In this document: positions 27,118-41,600 of the stretch, piece by piece
Layout: every line of letters begins with the position of its first letter
Position numbering within the stretch: the stretch's first letter is position 1
Translations under genes and position numbers: made by a program
Notes under the pieces: generated by a model
What the model was told of the DNA's origin: nothing
Seen by the model: the letters and a program-made list of their open reading frames with translations, nothing else
Databases searched by the model: none
NCBI RefSeq assembly: GCF_009914755.1
Contig: NC_060931.1
Length of the DNA: 64,000 nucleotides
Direction: 5' to 3' (one strand)
DNA from: the human T2T-CHM13v2.0 reference genome, Homo sapiens

Positions 27118-30100
27118 AACATACGTGCGTGAAAATAATGACCTGCGGCTCTCCTCTCTTCACTCAGCATCTCAGTAGTATCTTTTCCCATAGTAACGAT
27201 CACCCCAGAACATGAGGTTACATAGTGGAAAGCATGGGGGCCCTTGTTTCAGGGCTATCTTCACCAGGAGCATCTCTGTTTCTTTTCCATTCAGCAGTTG
27301 TCTTCACTATCCTGGATATTTATGTCCAAAACACTCAGCCAGTGTGGCTCAATCACAGACTAGGAGCTCAATGGGTTCAACAAAATATCCCAGGTGTCCA
27401 GGTGGGGTTCCTTGAGTCCAGGCCCTGGAACTGGGTCCCTATAGGTGTGTGTTCACCTGCCCAGTGAGGTCCCACAAGCTGACCATCACAGGGTCCCCTA
27501 GTCCATGCCCGAGCTCTTTATTTGGTGGCTATGTGATGGCCGAGCTCAGGGACACAGATAGGGAAGGGACGTAGCACCCGCTTCCACTGCCTTCTTCCTC
27601 CCTCTTGTATTGGAAGCCCAAAAGCAGCCCCCCAGCAACCTGAAACGCATGCAGTATCATCAGTCTACTTTTATGGTAATGTACTGTCTTTATCAGGACA
27701 ACTTCTCCTTCATGTCTTATTTCAAACCCTGTCACTGACTGATGGGCATTCCGTTTCAGAAAAACTCTCACCTGAGACCATCAGTAAGCAGGACAGGTCT
27801 AACTGTGATTTCCTGAGTAGGGAACCTCAGGTAAGCTCTGTAAGGCCTGCTGTGAAAGCGGTACCCTGGATCACAGCACCGAACTAGCAAGAGCGGGACA
27901 TCAGCCTCTACACAGCCCACTGGGCCACCACCCACTGGCCAGTGGAGCAGGGCTGTCCTGTCTGCTAAGGCCCCATGACCAAGAAGGTGTGGGCAGATGC
28001 TAGACAGACAGAACAATGACAGACAGGTGGAAGGGGCTGGGTATGGGATGGGCGGACCAGTTGGTGAAGGAAGACTGGCAGATTCACAAACGGTGAAGTC
28101 TGAGAAGCTGAGAGACACAGCAGGCACAGGATGGCTAAAACACTGCAAAAGGGCTATAATCCCCAGTACCATCTCCAGTCTGGACGACGCAGAAAATGAC
28201 AGCCATGAGAAAAATTTCATAAATGGAGCTATCGTTTAGGGCTATAATTTTATTCAATTACAACATGCCAGAAAATGTATTTGAAGATAAAATTTTCACC
28301 CTCAAAATCCCGATTTATCTCCAAAATATATTTGCTATGAATACAGTTGACGCTAATAATCTTTATACTGCCCATAATTCATTTTTTAAAAAGCAAGCTT
28401 ACATACCATCAAAATGAGATTATATAATCACAAAAATACTGATAACTGGAAAGGCAAAACAGAAACTATGGAGATTTCTTTGAAAAAGCAGAACACACTC
28501 ACTGGCAGCCCTTGGACTCCCAGCCTGCTACTTTTTCAGTACTAAAAACCACACAACCCATGCAAAAATCACCAGTGACCCACAGCAGCTTTCAGCCAGC
28601 CGGGGAGTATGTCTGCTGGGCTGGCAGGGAAGAAACATGAGCCAAAAACACTGCCATTTGGGCACTAACTCCTTCAAAACCAAGCAAACAAAAAGGATCT
28701 GCTGAGCACCAGCTCAGAAGGTCTAACACCAAGAAGAATAAGTACCTGAAACTGACTGTGCACATCTTACCCCCATCCTCCAATCGCCCGGAGTTCTCAG
28801 ACTCCAAGAGGTCTCCAGGCAGATCTGAAAGCAAACGCCGTCGTATCAGACCTCTTGGGGTCTGTCCATTTGCTCCCAGACAGGCTCAGTAAACATCGTC
28901 TAGAGTTTCTTGAAACTACAGAAACAGCCAATCAAAGTGATAGATTGCCTGGACACGGTCCCCTCACCACCCAGGGAACTGTCACCAGAGCCCCAGTGGT
29001 GCGAGGCCCTAGGCAGTGAGAAGAATTGGTCCAAAGCCACATTGCGAGGAACTGCAGAGTCCTAGCCAGTGGCCAGCCCCCAAGTCATATGCCTTCCCAT
29101 CGTATTATAAGTGACATACAGCCCTTGGCATTATTTATAAAAATGAACTTTCTACACCCACCCACATACTTATAAATACATAAAACTTCTGCTCCAGCAA
29201 TGACACTGCTGGAAACCAACCTATCCATCTGTCTATCCATCCACAACCCCATTCATGACCAAGGACCCATGCACGAGAATGTTCATTTCAGCTCTATTCA
29301 TAATTAGAAAGAGCTGCAAACAAAAGTAAGCTTATGTGCCATTAAATGGTATATAAACATCTCAGTAGCATCTTTTCCCCTAGCAACGTTCACCCTAGAA
29401 CGTGAGGTTACACAATGGAAAGCACGGGGGCCCTTGTTTCCGGGAGCTGTTCATCAAAAGAGGGTTGAGGTAAATCTATCACGGTACCTCCATACAACAC
29501 AACACTATGAAGCTGCAGGGGAAATCACAACAATGCACATCAATTTTGTGAAGAGATACACAAGATACTGTCCGCAGTGTCACCTCTGGAGAATGAGACT
29601 AGAGTTGGAAACTGAGAAGAAAGTGAATCTCACCGTTTACCAAATACCTTTTTGTAGTATTTGTTTCACTTTTTGTTTTTTACTATGAATGTTACTTTTA
29701 TAAATAAAATAGGTTCTCCTTTTTTTGGTCTCCTGGTTGGACATAGAGGTGATATGGTAATAAGTCATGGCAAACTTACTCCTGACTCTGAATCCTGTTT
29801 GTAGTGCTAGATTCCGCAAATTGTCACGCCCTGACTGAATGAACCAGCTTCTTTGGAAAGAGGTGAGTGGGGGTAGAGTGGGAAAAAGTTTTCACGTGAA
29901 CTTCTCTGGGGAAAATGCTAGCTTCTAATGCATTCATGTTCCTGGAGGCCTTTTTCTCCAGAAAAGGAAGTAGCTCTTGGACCAACTGGTGTAATGATTC
30001 AACAACCAATCCTCCATCTCATCTACTGAGACTTAACCAGCCCTGCTGCTACGGGCACCAATCCCACCTGGTAAGGCCGGTGGGGCCAGATAGGAACCCT

Positions 30101-30624
30101 GGTGCAGAGCCAGGCTCAAGGCTCCTCCACTCATCCCAGCCACAAAGTCGGCAACCCCAAGCATCCATAAAAGTATCACTAACTAAAAAGAGGCAGAAAG
30201 TGTGGAGCATAAGATGAAATGTGCCTATTAATGGAAGAAAGCTCATTTAGGCATGAAGAGTCCAATTCTCTCTTCGGACAGAAATCACAACAGTCTCAGC
30301 AAAACAACAAAACAAACTCACTTAGAATCTATCAGTGTCTAAATAGAGACCTTGGTTATATAGATGTGGCATCTAACCTCAGCATTTTATAACTTAAAAA
30401 GCAGATCAAAATAGTTAGTGCTCCAGAATTACAAGAGGGATTTCCACCAGTAACATCTTTTTTTGAAAAAAGTTTCTTTGGTGGTAATCAAACTTTAATG
30501 AAACATTAAACCTAAAATGTAACCTATAATTTGAAAAAAATGTTTTCAGATTTGAGTCAGATTGGCCGAACCTTTTCAAGCCATCTCAGGCCCAGCTACA
30601 TGGGGAGGGTGCGGATGTGCCCTC

Positions 30625-31590
30625 ACTGTCAGTCACTGAGCAGATGCTCCCTGAGAACCTTCTCCGTGCCAGGCACCAAGGTGCTGGGATTCGGGTCTGG
30701 AATAAAACCCCTTGACTTTATGGAACTTCATTCAAGTAGGGGAGATACACAAAAAGCAAAATTCAGAGATTGTTAGATGGCAGAAGGCAAAGGAAAAACA
30801 TTCAGCAAAGGGCTGCTGGCTAAGAAGGTCCTCAAAGGCAGCAAAAGATGCCACAGGCCGACTGTGATGCTCCCTCCCAGGCGGCAGAAACTGGGGACCA
30901 GCTGAGTCAGGAGGCTCCCATGACGACACAGGCAAGGAAAGTAAAGCCCAGGCCTGGGTCCCACAGCAGAGACCAGGCAGGCGCTGTCCAATTCTGGTAC
31001 ACAGGCTGGGGTGGCGTGAAACTCAAAAGAGGAGTGAGGAAGGGAATTGGGAATTCTGATGGGGGTACTGGTCTGCTGCTCTGAGATGGGAATTTGGAGG
31101 TATCATGTTTGGAGGGAAGGATCAGATGCTGACTTTGGACCTGTTGCGTTGGCAGTGTCTTTTAAGCACCCACATGGAGGTGCCATGTTGGCAGCTGGAA
31201 ACAGGAGTCTGGGCCTTGAGGAAGAGTTTGGATGGGAATGTAAACCGGGGAGTAATCAACATAGGGACAAGATGGAAAGCTGAGGGAATGGCCACGGCTG
31301 TCCAGGGAGGGAGCGCAGAGAGGGGAGACGGAGCACCAAGGCCCAGTGACTGAAGAGCCAGCAACGATGGCTGAGAAGGAAAGTCCAGCAAAGAGGGTGG
31401 AAACCCAGACGGAGCTGTGGAAAGGAGAGCAGCGAGCGACAGGAGCCCTCATGCTGCTGCAGGCCCGGCAAGCGGAAGACAGAGAACCCCGCTGGCTTTA
31501 GCCATGTGGATGCCACCCTGATGGGAACAAGAGGAATTGAATAGCACAGTGGGGACAAAAGCTGGGCTGCTGGAACGTTTTTAAAAAGGT
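30625..31590 (-). mobile_element. LINE-2 fragment
   Basis: Purine-rich reverse-complement L2 3' sequence (GTGCCAGGCAC, GGAACTTCATTCAAGTAGGGGAGA, GACTTTGGACCTGTTGCGTT). Confidence 0.6.
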
Positions 31591-32269
31591 TTAAAAAGGA
31601 GCATTAGGAAACCAAGGAAAATGATAATCTTCTGAAAGCAGTAATTTTAACCACTGCCTTAATCTGTGAGGGAAAGGAAGGCAGAGCCTCGACCCAAGGC
31701 GGTAAGGAAGACCCATCCTCAGTTTTGCCTTTGGGAATCCTTATCCCAAGTCCTCTGCCAGCCCAAGGATGGCAGAGCATAGGTCCCCCTCCCATAGAAC
31801 GCCTGGGGACTTTCCAGTTGACCACATCCCTCCTACAGCTACTCCCTCTGGGCTTCCAGAGTTTCCCTTCTTCAGGGCAGTGTGCTGTGAGCCCAGAACA
31901 CTACTTCTGGAGGTCATCAAGGTCACTGAGACATAACAATGGACTTATTGTTTGAAGTGGTCCCAGGTCCTTTTCTTTGAAGCTTTTGAGAGCAATCTTC
32001 TCAGCTCTCCCGCTCCACTAGGAGAGGACAAAGTAAATATTCTGGGTGGGACTCCCAGGCCTCAGACCTACTCAATGTGGTCGGGCTAGCTCCTGATGGA
32101 TGCATTGGTTAAGGTCAGCTGCCTCTTCTTCCTGCTCCTGAGTGGCCACGGGACTTGGGGGTAAGAAACCCATGTTGGGGAGCTGGGTTCTGATCCTGGC
32201 TCTGCCAAAGCAAGGGCGACCATCCCCCTAGAGGAGCATCCAGAACTTCTATAAAAACAAGGCCATCGT

Positions 32270-33950
32270 CCTTGTACTCGTCTGCCTGGGATGTGCTGGG
32301 CTCCATTCTCGGAGGTGTGGACAGAGCAGTGAATAAGAGACCCTGTCCCTGTTCTGGGGGACTGACGTTCTAGTGGTAAAACAGAGAACAAACAAAATAA
32401 TCTCAGGAGACAGTGAACAACACGGAGACCACAAGCAAGTGCTGTGTCAGAGGGAGGCTGGCCAGGGGCACTGCCTTTTCCAAAGAAGCCCAGGAAGGCC
32501 CAGAGGAAGAGATATTTGAACTGACACCTGAATGATGACCAAGTGGCAGTGAAGAAAAGGTCTCAGGAAAGAGCCTCTGTGTGGAGACGCCACAGGGGAA
32601 ATGCACAGAGGTGGACCTGAGCTGGCAAATGTGAGGGACCAAGAAGGCCAGGGCAGCTAGAACACAGTGACGACACACACGGGGGAGGGAATGGAGAACG
32701 GGACTGTACACCCCACAGGGGAGAGCTTGGATTTAATTCTGGGTGTGATGGGAGAACAGTGGGATTCAAATGACTCTCTAGAAATCATACAAGAGCTGCT
32801 GGGCTGTGGATGATATGAGGCAAGGTGAGGTGAGCAGGAGACAGGCTGCTGTGTCGTCCCAGGCTGGGACTGGAGATGGCATGGTGGAGAGGACAGGAAG
32901 CACTGGATATGGGACACATTGGAGAGGGAGAGTTGACTGGATTTGTACCTGAGTCCAAAGGGGGAATCAAGGATATGCTCCTCTTCCTTGGCCACAGCAA
33001 CTGAGCGGACAATGACCCCTTTTAGTTAGGTGAGGAGGCCTTGGTGTGCTTCGACTATATTTTCTTTTGTTAAATTTCACATGGCAACTAGAGACCCAAG
33101 TGAAGACGGAGGGTACCTTTCAGTGGTGACTTGTCCTGGTTATAGATCTGGGTCATGAGCAGAGAGATGGCATCTGACGGCATGGGGCCAGATGCAGTCT
33201 CTCAGAGAGAAGACCACTAGAGTGGGGGAGGCTGAGGACAGAGGCTTGCGGGCCTCCAAACACCAAGCAGCCTGGCAGAGCAGGAGACAGCGAAGGGATG
33301 AAGGAGCAGAGAGATGAAGAGATCACAAGCTGGGGTCGAAAACACTTAGGGAAGCAAGTTTCTAGGAATCAAAGCTGTGTCACATGCTGCTGAGATGCCA
33401 CCCCCAACTGGCCACTGATCTTAACTAGAGGCAGGCCACAAGGCCCCTTGATGAGACCCATTTCAGGCACCTAGTAGAACAGAGCGCCAACCAAGGTGGG
33501 TGGGGGAGAAACCAGGAGAGGAAAAGTAGAGACAGGGAGTCAAGCAGCTGGTCCTGGGAGGTCTGCAGAAAAGCAGCATAAAAGGAAGCAGCAGCCAGAG
33601 AGGAATGTGGCCACAGAAGGGCTTCACTTAGATGAGATGTGTCAAGGCACGTCTGCATGCAGGCAGGAATGATTCTGGAATGAGGATGAAACTGACCATG
33701 GAGGAAGGAAAAGAAAATCAATGACTACAGACTCAACGTCCTAGAGAAGATAAAGGGGGCAGCTGCAAATGGAGTGGTGGCCCTGGGAAGATGTAAGGAT
33801 GTGTTCCCCTGTTTGGGTGGGAAGACAGGCAGGTGAGTGCTGATGGGGAATGGATAAAACAGGTGGTAGACACAGCAGGTGGCTCTCATTGAGAGCAGGT
33901 CCTGCCTACTAAGCCCAAGGCTACGACACCAGGTGAGAAGTTAGAAGGGG
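32270..33950 (-). mobile_element. LINE-2 fragment (second copy)
   Basis: L2 hallmarks: GATATTTGAACTGACACCTGAATGATGA, GCTTGGATTTAATTCTGGGTGTGATGGGA, GTCCAGGCTGGGACTGGAGATGG-like segment. Confidence 0.65.
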
Positions 33951-34348
33951 GAAGAAAAGGAGTAACAAGTTGTCTTTTTCATGAAAGTAGTGAATAAATT
34001 GGGAGTAGGAAAATCTCCTGGGAGAAAAAAAATCAAGGGATAGAGAGAGGAGACTTACCTTTTTCTTACTGATTTATAAGAGCTCTTTATTTAGGATATT
34101 GCAAATGTAAATATTGCAAATATTCTTTTGCAGCTTATCAACAGTTTAACATTTGATTTACAGCATTAATTTTCTTCATGGTCAAATCCAGCAATCTTCC
34201 ACTATGATTTTACCTATTGCTTTAATAGTTAGGGTTTCATTCCTTAATCTGAGGACCAATTAATTATTCAACTATATATTTTTCTATTCCTCCTACGGTC
34301 TGATTTTTTATTAACAGATTAATCAACCTAAAAATATTTCAGTGTATG

Positions 34349-34803
34349 TGTATTAGTTTGCCATGGCTGCCATAACAAAATGCCATGAACTAGATGACTT
34401 AACAGAAACTCAGTGTCTCACAGTTTCGCAGAACAGAAATCCATGATCAAGATGCGAGCAGGTCTGATCCTCCCGAGGTCTGGAGGGAGAACCCACTTCT
34501 GGCCTCTCCTGGAGGTTCTGGCGGCTGCTGGCATCTTTGTCATTCCTTGGCTTACAGAAGCATCACTGCAATCTCCACCTTTATCTTTATGTGGCATTCT
34601 CGTCCCGTGTCTATTTGTGTCCAAATTTCCCCTTAGAAAAGGACACCAGTCATATTGGCTAAGGAGCCCAGCCTACTCCAGTACGACCTCATCTTGATGA
34701 ATCACATCTGCAACATTATTTCCACATAAAGCTACATTCTGAGGAACTGGGGCTAGGACTTCAACTTATGTATTCTGAGGGGGACATAATTCAATCCATA
34801 ACA
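34349..34803 (-). mobile_element. MLT1-type MaLR solo LTR, inserted into an old L1M fragment (about 34060-34990)
   Basis: TGTATTAGTTTGCCATGGCTGCCATAACAAA...GGGGACATAATTCAATCCATAACA with TG..CA ends; 5-bp TSD-like GTATG/GTGTG. Confidence 0.85.
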
Positions 34804-37775
34804 GTGTGCAATAAGGCCCTAATTCAGCTGCTCATCCAAATAGTTTATAGTTGTCGGAGCACATTAAATTAAACAATGATGCCACTTTTACAAGATTCTA
34901 ACCTTGTATGTATTTGACTCTCTTGAGTACATGCTTCAGTGCACAGAACTTTCACTCTCCATTCTTCAACTCAAACCATGTGGTTTTCATGACAGTAGCT
35001 TTATAACATCAAAGCCACTCTTTTGAAGAAGGTAATCTGTCAGCATTGAAAGACCAAATCCAAATGGTCTCTTCTGTGTTTCCATCCAACCCAACCTCTT
35101 GGCAGGGCTGGACCCTGCTGACGACCCTCACTGGACGCCCAGCCACACAGGTCCCACTCAGTCTGTTCTAACCTCTTCATCTCAGGCTTCCATGTACTGT
35201 CCCCACTTGGAAGGGCCCTGATCTATTCTGGAAATTGTAGGTAGAATTTTGGATTTCAAATTTTCAAAAACCTAGATGTAAATAATGTGTATTTCTAGTT
35301 CCAAATCAGGGTTCTGACTGATTCAGTGGCTGAGACAATATAAAACTAAATTAAAACAAGAACTCCATCTATAAAAGTAAGTGGAATACCATCTATAATA
35401 AAAGAATATGAGAGCACACACTGCTAGTATTGCAGACACCCGTTAAGTACCTGAGACCTGGTGGGCTGGGCAGCAAGCTTCTAGGTTCCCATCAGGGCCA
35501 CGGTTATGGCAGGGGCAAATCTGGTTCTCTTTAGTCTCTATGGCATAAAAGTTGTTCACCTACAGAACAACTTCGGTTTCTATAGAAGCAACCTGTCCTT
35601 TATTAGGGGAACTCCAAATTACACCAAAGAGGGTGGACACAGAATAAGAGAAGAACGCCTTCCAGGGACTTGGGCCACTGAACTGACTGCTAATAAAAGA
35701 ACAAACAATGCCTTTGAGGGAGATGGCCATACAGCGTCACCAGAGAAAGAGACAAGCCACATGCACCAGGTATGTGTCCAGAGACCAGGTCATTCCAGAG
35801 TGGGAGGAGAAGGATTCTGAGACTTCCGCTGCTTGCTAACAACCAAGCCCTCCGATCAAATACCTGAAAATCTTAATAGCATGAGATTGGTCAAAGCAGA
35901 CACCACGCAGACTTCGCTGAGACGGCAGATTTTTCTATCAAAATGTTTCTTTTTACCCATCCCCTTCGTTTTCTTTGCCTCATCCTTTGGCTTATTGCAC
36001 ACCAGGTTTAGTTTGACTCAGAATTATCAGCATGGAGATAATTCACTCTTGATCCTCCAATGGCCCAGTCTTCTTTGGATTCCTGCCCTCAACAACACAA
36101 TTCACTGTGGTCAGAATTCACATTCCCAAAGCTGTTCCTAGTTATGCTCTTGGTACCTACTAGAATCTTACTGGAATACAATGAAGAATTTTTGTCCCCT
36201 CTCATGTAACTGGTTACAAAGGAGGTGAGCAACTGCTGAGTGCAATATACCAGGGCCCACTTCACACTCCCCCCTGCTGGCCTCTGTGCCCTTCTTCAGC
36301 TGGCCCCAGTACGATGAGGAGCAAGGCATCTTCCTGGGCACGGGCAGCAGGCAGGCACCGTCTTCCTAGGCACTGTCAGCCCTAGGCCGTGGGCCCCAGT
36401 GCATGCTCCGAGGGAGGACTGTGTGGTGGGGCAGCAGGAGGTAGCCACAGCAGGAAGAGTCTGTGCTGTGCTGCAGCACCGCCCATGAAGCCGGGAACAG
36501 CCACAGCATACATAAGGGCTTGCACAAGAGGAGTACAACTAATCTCCCACAGCCTCCAGACGCTATTGCACTAAAAGCTGTTTGTCTCGGCCAGCCCCAC
36601 CCGCTGCAACTGGGACAGCCAAGAGAGTGGGGGACTCAGGAAGAGATTTCAGGTCTGACATTTTCATCTCATAGGAAACAGCACACAACAAGTGCAGGTG
36701 TGTGTACACACGTGCAGCTTAGGCTCTGCACAACTGCCCTGCATGTGTTCCAAGCCACAACCCTCCCCAGGCAGGAAGAGCCCTCCCAGCCCTCTGAGTT
36801 CTCCCACACTCCTCCCCTTGGAAATTGCCAGAGACCACTTCAGCCGCTGGCCTCCCCGGGCTGGTGAAACGATGCATCGGGAAGAGACTTAAGTTTTCCT
36901 TCCACACGCTTCACCACTGTTCACAGGGTCCATGACTAGCCACCCCTGCCATCCCCCAGGTGGCTACATGAAGAAGCTACCCAAGTAAAGTTGGTAGATC
37001 AAAAAGGGACCTCTAAAGTACAGGCTGGAAGGGGCTCACAATGATAACAAGATCTTCCTCTTGAACTGTAAGTGATTACAGACACTAATATAAATCCAGC
37101 TAGAAGTGTAACCATGCGGCTGTCACTGTGCTTGAGACCATGAGGTCTTTATTCCCTTGTGTTCCGTCTTCTCGGGAACCTTTCACAGTATGCTGAGGCT
37201 CAAGGGCTGAAGGCTCAGGAATCCCCCGCCCTCGGATGACGTTTATACACAAGGAAGCTGAGCATGGAAGAGACAACCCCCTTTGCACAGTGTGTTCTGC
37301 CAACAGAATTATGAGTATTCCATGGCTTTTGGAAAGAAGGAAGGAAGCAGCAGCATGTCCCCAGCTTCTCCTGAAGTGTGGGGAATGCCTGGGGATGCCT
37401 AGGGCACCACGGGGTCCCAGGGAGGTGGCTCTGCGAGTGTTTCCCATGGCCAACAGCACCAGCTCAGAGCGTGCCTTGATCCCGAGTTGTGAAAAACCAG
37501 AGACAGATCAGTTGATGGCAATAAATATTCTCCTGCCTTCAGGTGGCCGCTGCCAAGCCTCACAGAGTCCCAGGCAAGGGCACCTCTGCAGAGCTTGCCC
37601 TGGTCTGGCCTTAACAGACGAGGTTCTGGTCAACAGGGAGAATTACTGTGGGATGACCTGGTCAGTTCTGTTTTCTGTGAGGTTTCTCCTCTAGAAAGAG
37701 CTCACTGCAGCATCAGTGCATGTTAAGAGGCACATTTTTGATTCTAAGCAGGGGTTTTTCTTTGTTTAGCATTTT

Positions 37776-38600
37776 ATTTTGAAATAATTTTATTTTGAAA
37801 TAATTTGTTTAGCATTTTTACAAAAAATGTGCAAAAAGCAATACAAAAACTCTCTGTATATATTCTTCACCTTAGTACTCCAAATATTAACATTTCACCC
37901 CATTCGCTTTATCAAATTCCCATTCTCTTTCCCTACCTACCTAGGAGAGTGGGTTGCAGACATCTCGCCCCTTTCCTGCTAGATGGCTTTGTGTATATTT
38001 CCTACAAACAAGAACACTCGCATAACTACAGTACAATGATCAAAATCAGGAAATTAACACTGATATACTACCATTAGCTAATTTACAGACCTCATCCAAA
38101 TTTAGCCAAGTGTCTGACTCCTGTCCTTTTAGAAAAGGGAAAAAAAACAAAAACAATGTTGTTCTTGGTTCATGATTCAGTCCAGGACCCAAGCTGCGTT
38201 TGACTGCCTTGGCTCTTTAGTTCCTCAGATTTGGGTTTTGTTTTTGGCTTTTGTTTCTGTGGGGGTCTTCTATGACCTCAAAACCCGAGGTCATTCTCTA
38301 GAATGTCTCTTGGTTCTGGTTCAGCTGACGTCCCTTTGAGATTAGCTGTAGAGATGCTGTGTCCCCCTGGGTGCCACAGCTCAGGAGCCACACAATGCTG
38401 CCCTGACCCTTTTTTGGTGACATCAGTGTGGCTCACCTGGGAAGAGTGTCTGCCAGGTGTTTCCACACACGTAAGTTATTATTTTCCCCTGGCCCTTCAT
38501 GCTGGCTCCTGTGTCTTTATGCCATGTCCCCTTCATTCTTTAAGCATCTCCCAGGCAGCCCTGGCTCCTTTTATTGGAGAACGGTATCTAGAAATGACCT
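37776..38600 (-). mobile_element. Old L1M (L1MC/MD-like) 3' end
   Basis: TTTATTTTGAAATAAT start; CATAACTACAGTACAATGATCAAAATCAGGAAATTAACACTGATA is typical of reverse-complement L1MC tails. Confidence 0.6.
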
Positions 38601-41600
38601 GAGCGTTAGGTTGAACGTATATTTAAAGACAGAGGAAACACAGAACTGCAAGTTGTCTTACAGACCATGAAAACTATGAGAAATCAATAAATCACATCTT
38701 ACCAATTTTACTTAGATGCACTCAGCTGTCCAACTTCACTCCACTGCCCTAGTCCAGATAACACGTCAGCATCTCCTGCACCTGCATCCCAACCGGCTAT
38801 CCCACACCTCCTCCAGCCCAGTCCATCCTTCACACTGCAGCAGGCAAAGCAAAGTACAAAGCTGCTTTCCCCTCTCTGCCAGAGACCTCCTTTGCCCTGG
38901 AGACCAATCTCTTCCTGAGACACCTAAGGCCCTGGCTTCCTAGGCGCTGCCTCCTCTATACTATCTCAGCCACCATCCAGGGTGCCTGTGCCTTCCTCAA
39001 CTGTCCTCATTCCCTCTTTCTGGAACACTGTATGCCTTCCAAGGCACTTAAGGATTCCTCATCTTCGGCCCCACTGATAGCTCTCCCCACATGATGGAAT
39101 GTCCTGGCAGCATGTTGGAAACTGTCTGTGATAATGTGCCTCTATAAGGTGATTAGCATTGGTTTCTCTCACTGGGTTATGGGCTCCCAGAGGGCAAGGC
39201 TGTGTCTGCCCTGCCAGCCCCAGACCCCAGCACCCAGGCAGTACCTGCATGTAGAAACCACCTAAAATCTATCAGTGAATGGGCACAAGAGAGGAACAGA
39301 GGACAGTAAGGGCGTTATTTCCTGACTGTGTCCTGGTAGGGGAAGTTGGAACCCTGAGGAGACAGGCGCGGGCTGAGCGCAGAGTGTGAGATGTGCACAC
39401 ATGTGAGGGGTTTAGACAAGCAGACCCAAGGTCCTTGCTTGCTATCGGTCACTCTGATCCTCCGTCCCAGGGCGATCCTGTGGACTTGAGACCATGTCAG
39501 GGAGGCAGCGGCAGTGAGCTGTGCTGCACAGCTGAAAAAGACAGGATGTGTAACTACTGGAACAATACATGCTGGAGATCTCTAAGCTCATAAGGTCAGA
39601 GACCCGATGTGGTGACTATGCAGTAGCCTATGCAAACGCCACTAGACTCTCTTCTTCCTTCATCCCTGTCACTGCAGGGCCACACAGGCCTGACTTGTCA
39701 TAAAATTACTATACACCCAGAAATAGCCACGGAAAAGCCAGAGGGCTTGCTAAGGTGTCTGCGGTATTCTGAAGACACAAATCCTGGAGTCCCTGCAAAC
39801 AGCTGCTGACCACCTGGGACACAGAGTTCCACCCCTGCTGGGGAAGGCAGGCTTCCAAAGCCACCGTGTGCTACCATGCGGTGCCTCTGAGCCACTCTCT
39901 CATTAGGGAATATGCAGAGGTGGAGAAAGGCTCCAGGAATGGGGTCAGGGCTCGGAAGTCCCGAAACTCACTCTATCCCGGATGTGGTAATCAACATAAG
40001 CAGGTCTTTGCAGACAGATATAGCAACACACATCCTGAGCTATAAAACATCCTCAACCTTTTAGTAGGAATCTGACTTCTAGGGTCTACCCTGGGGAAAG
40101 GATTCAAAATGTGGCAACAGCTGCACTCCAGGCACCCAGTGAAGCATCATTTATAGCACAGACACTGGACGACAATGCAAATTATCTGGTCACTGTGAAG
40201 TAGGTAAACATGGCACAAATCGGTACTCATCAATGTAGGTATCAGCTATCATGAGTGTTTTTTAGGAAGACCACACTAAGAAACACAGAAAATACTTATG
40301 AGATGTTAAATAACTGAAAACATATCTAAAATTATATCCACCTTTACTAAAACCTGATAAAATGCCGAGGGGCCAGGAACTCGACCAAACTCTGGGCAGA
40401 TGGAAAGAGCTGACTTTGTTTTTAATACTGTTACAATACTGTTTTTGTGCCAGTTCAATGGTCAGAGTCAAAAGGGCAGTCACACTTAGGCTCCAAGGTT
40501 AAATGAAGAAGAAAGCAATGTTGCTTCCCACTTCCTCGAGTGTCTGTGATGTTCCCGCGGCTCCTGGCATGGCAACACTGCCTCTCATTCCCTTCCAGGA
40601 TTCTGCAGAGAGACCAGGGACTGTGTGAGCGGAAACACTACCCGTGAACAAAAAGAGAGGAATGTGCGCCGGTACATGGTGTTCCCATTTAAATCTTTTC
40701 GGGGATTTCCTCATATAAATAAATCTGAAGATGCCAGGGTTCTATAAATAGGGCTAGAAACTACTGCCCTGATTCTAGAGAATCTCTGTTGTAAGATGAC
40801 AGCGAAGATGCTATTTTAGGGCAAAGTAAAAGATAAACCATGTTAGTCATTAGCATTTGGTTCTCTCAGGGACCAAAAAATAAAAATCACCAGCAGAGGG
40901 TATGTACTTGTAAACCTTCCCACACAGGGACTATGTCTGTGCTCTCTTTCCTAGAAATGTCCAGACTTGGCACCAACAGCAGAGGGAGGATGTTTACCAA
41001 ATTCTCTTGTGAATTTTTTGGATTTTCAAAACACTTTCACTTGGTTTCCTCCACTAATTCTTTTTTTTTTCTTTTTTACATTTTTATTACTCAAACTACT
41101 TGTCCTTCAGCCAGTTAAGAGACTGAGGCGAGAGCCTAAGGAAAGAAAAACAGAAAAGACGTGGAGGAAAAGAGATGGCCATTGTCCAGGCAGTGGCCTA
41201 GATGGCCCATCTCATCTTGGGTCTCAACCAAGACCCAGAGGCCTAACACTTCTCGACTGTAAACTCTAGAACACTTTATCCTCAACTGGGTGGACCTGCC
41301 ACATGCGCCTATTGCAGGAGAAAAGAAAAGTCCCTCCGTGGCTGCTCACAGGTATAAATAAAGCGCCAATGTCCACGTTCAGTGAGTGTAACAGGCTTCT
41401 CCAGTGGGTGAACTGTGGATTCCTACTCAAAACCAAACACAAACCAGCAGGCTGTTTGCTCGCAGTCATTTATGGCAGAAGCTGTCAGGTAGGTAAATTG
41501 GGGAAAGTGCATTGTCTAGTGGTTCCCCCTTACCTGATGAAATTTCGAGTCAAAGCAGCAGCAAGAATTAGCAAATCAGTTTGCCAAGGAAAATTACTTC

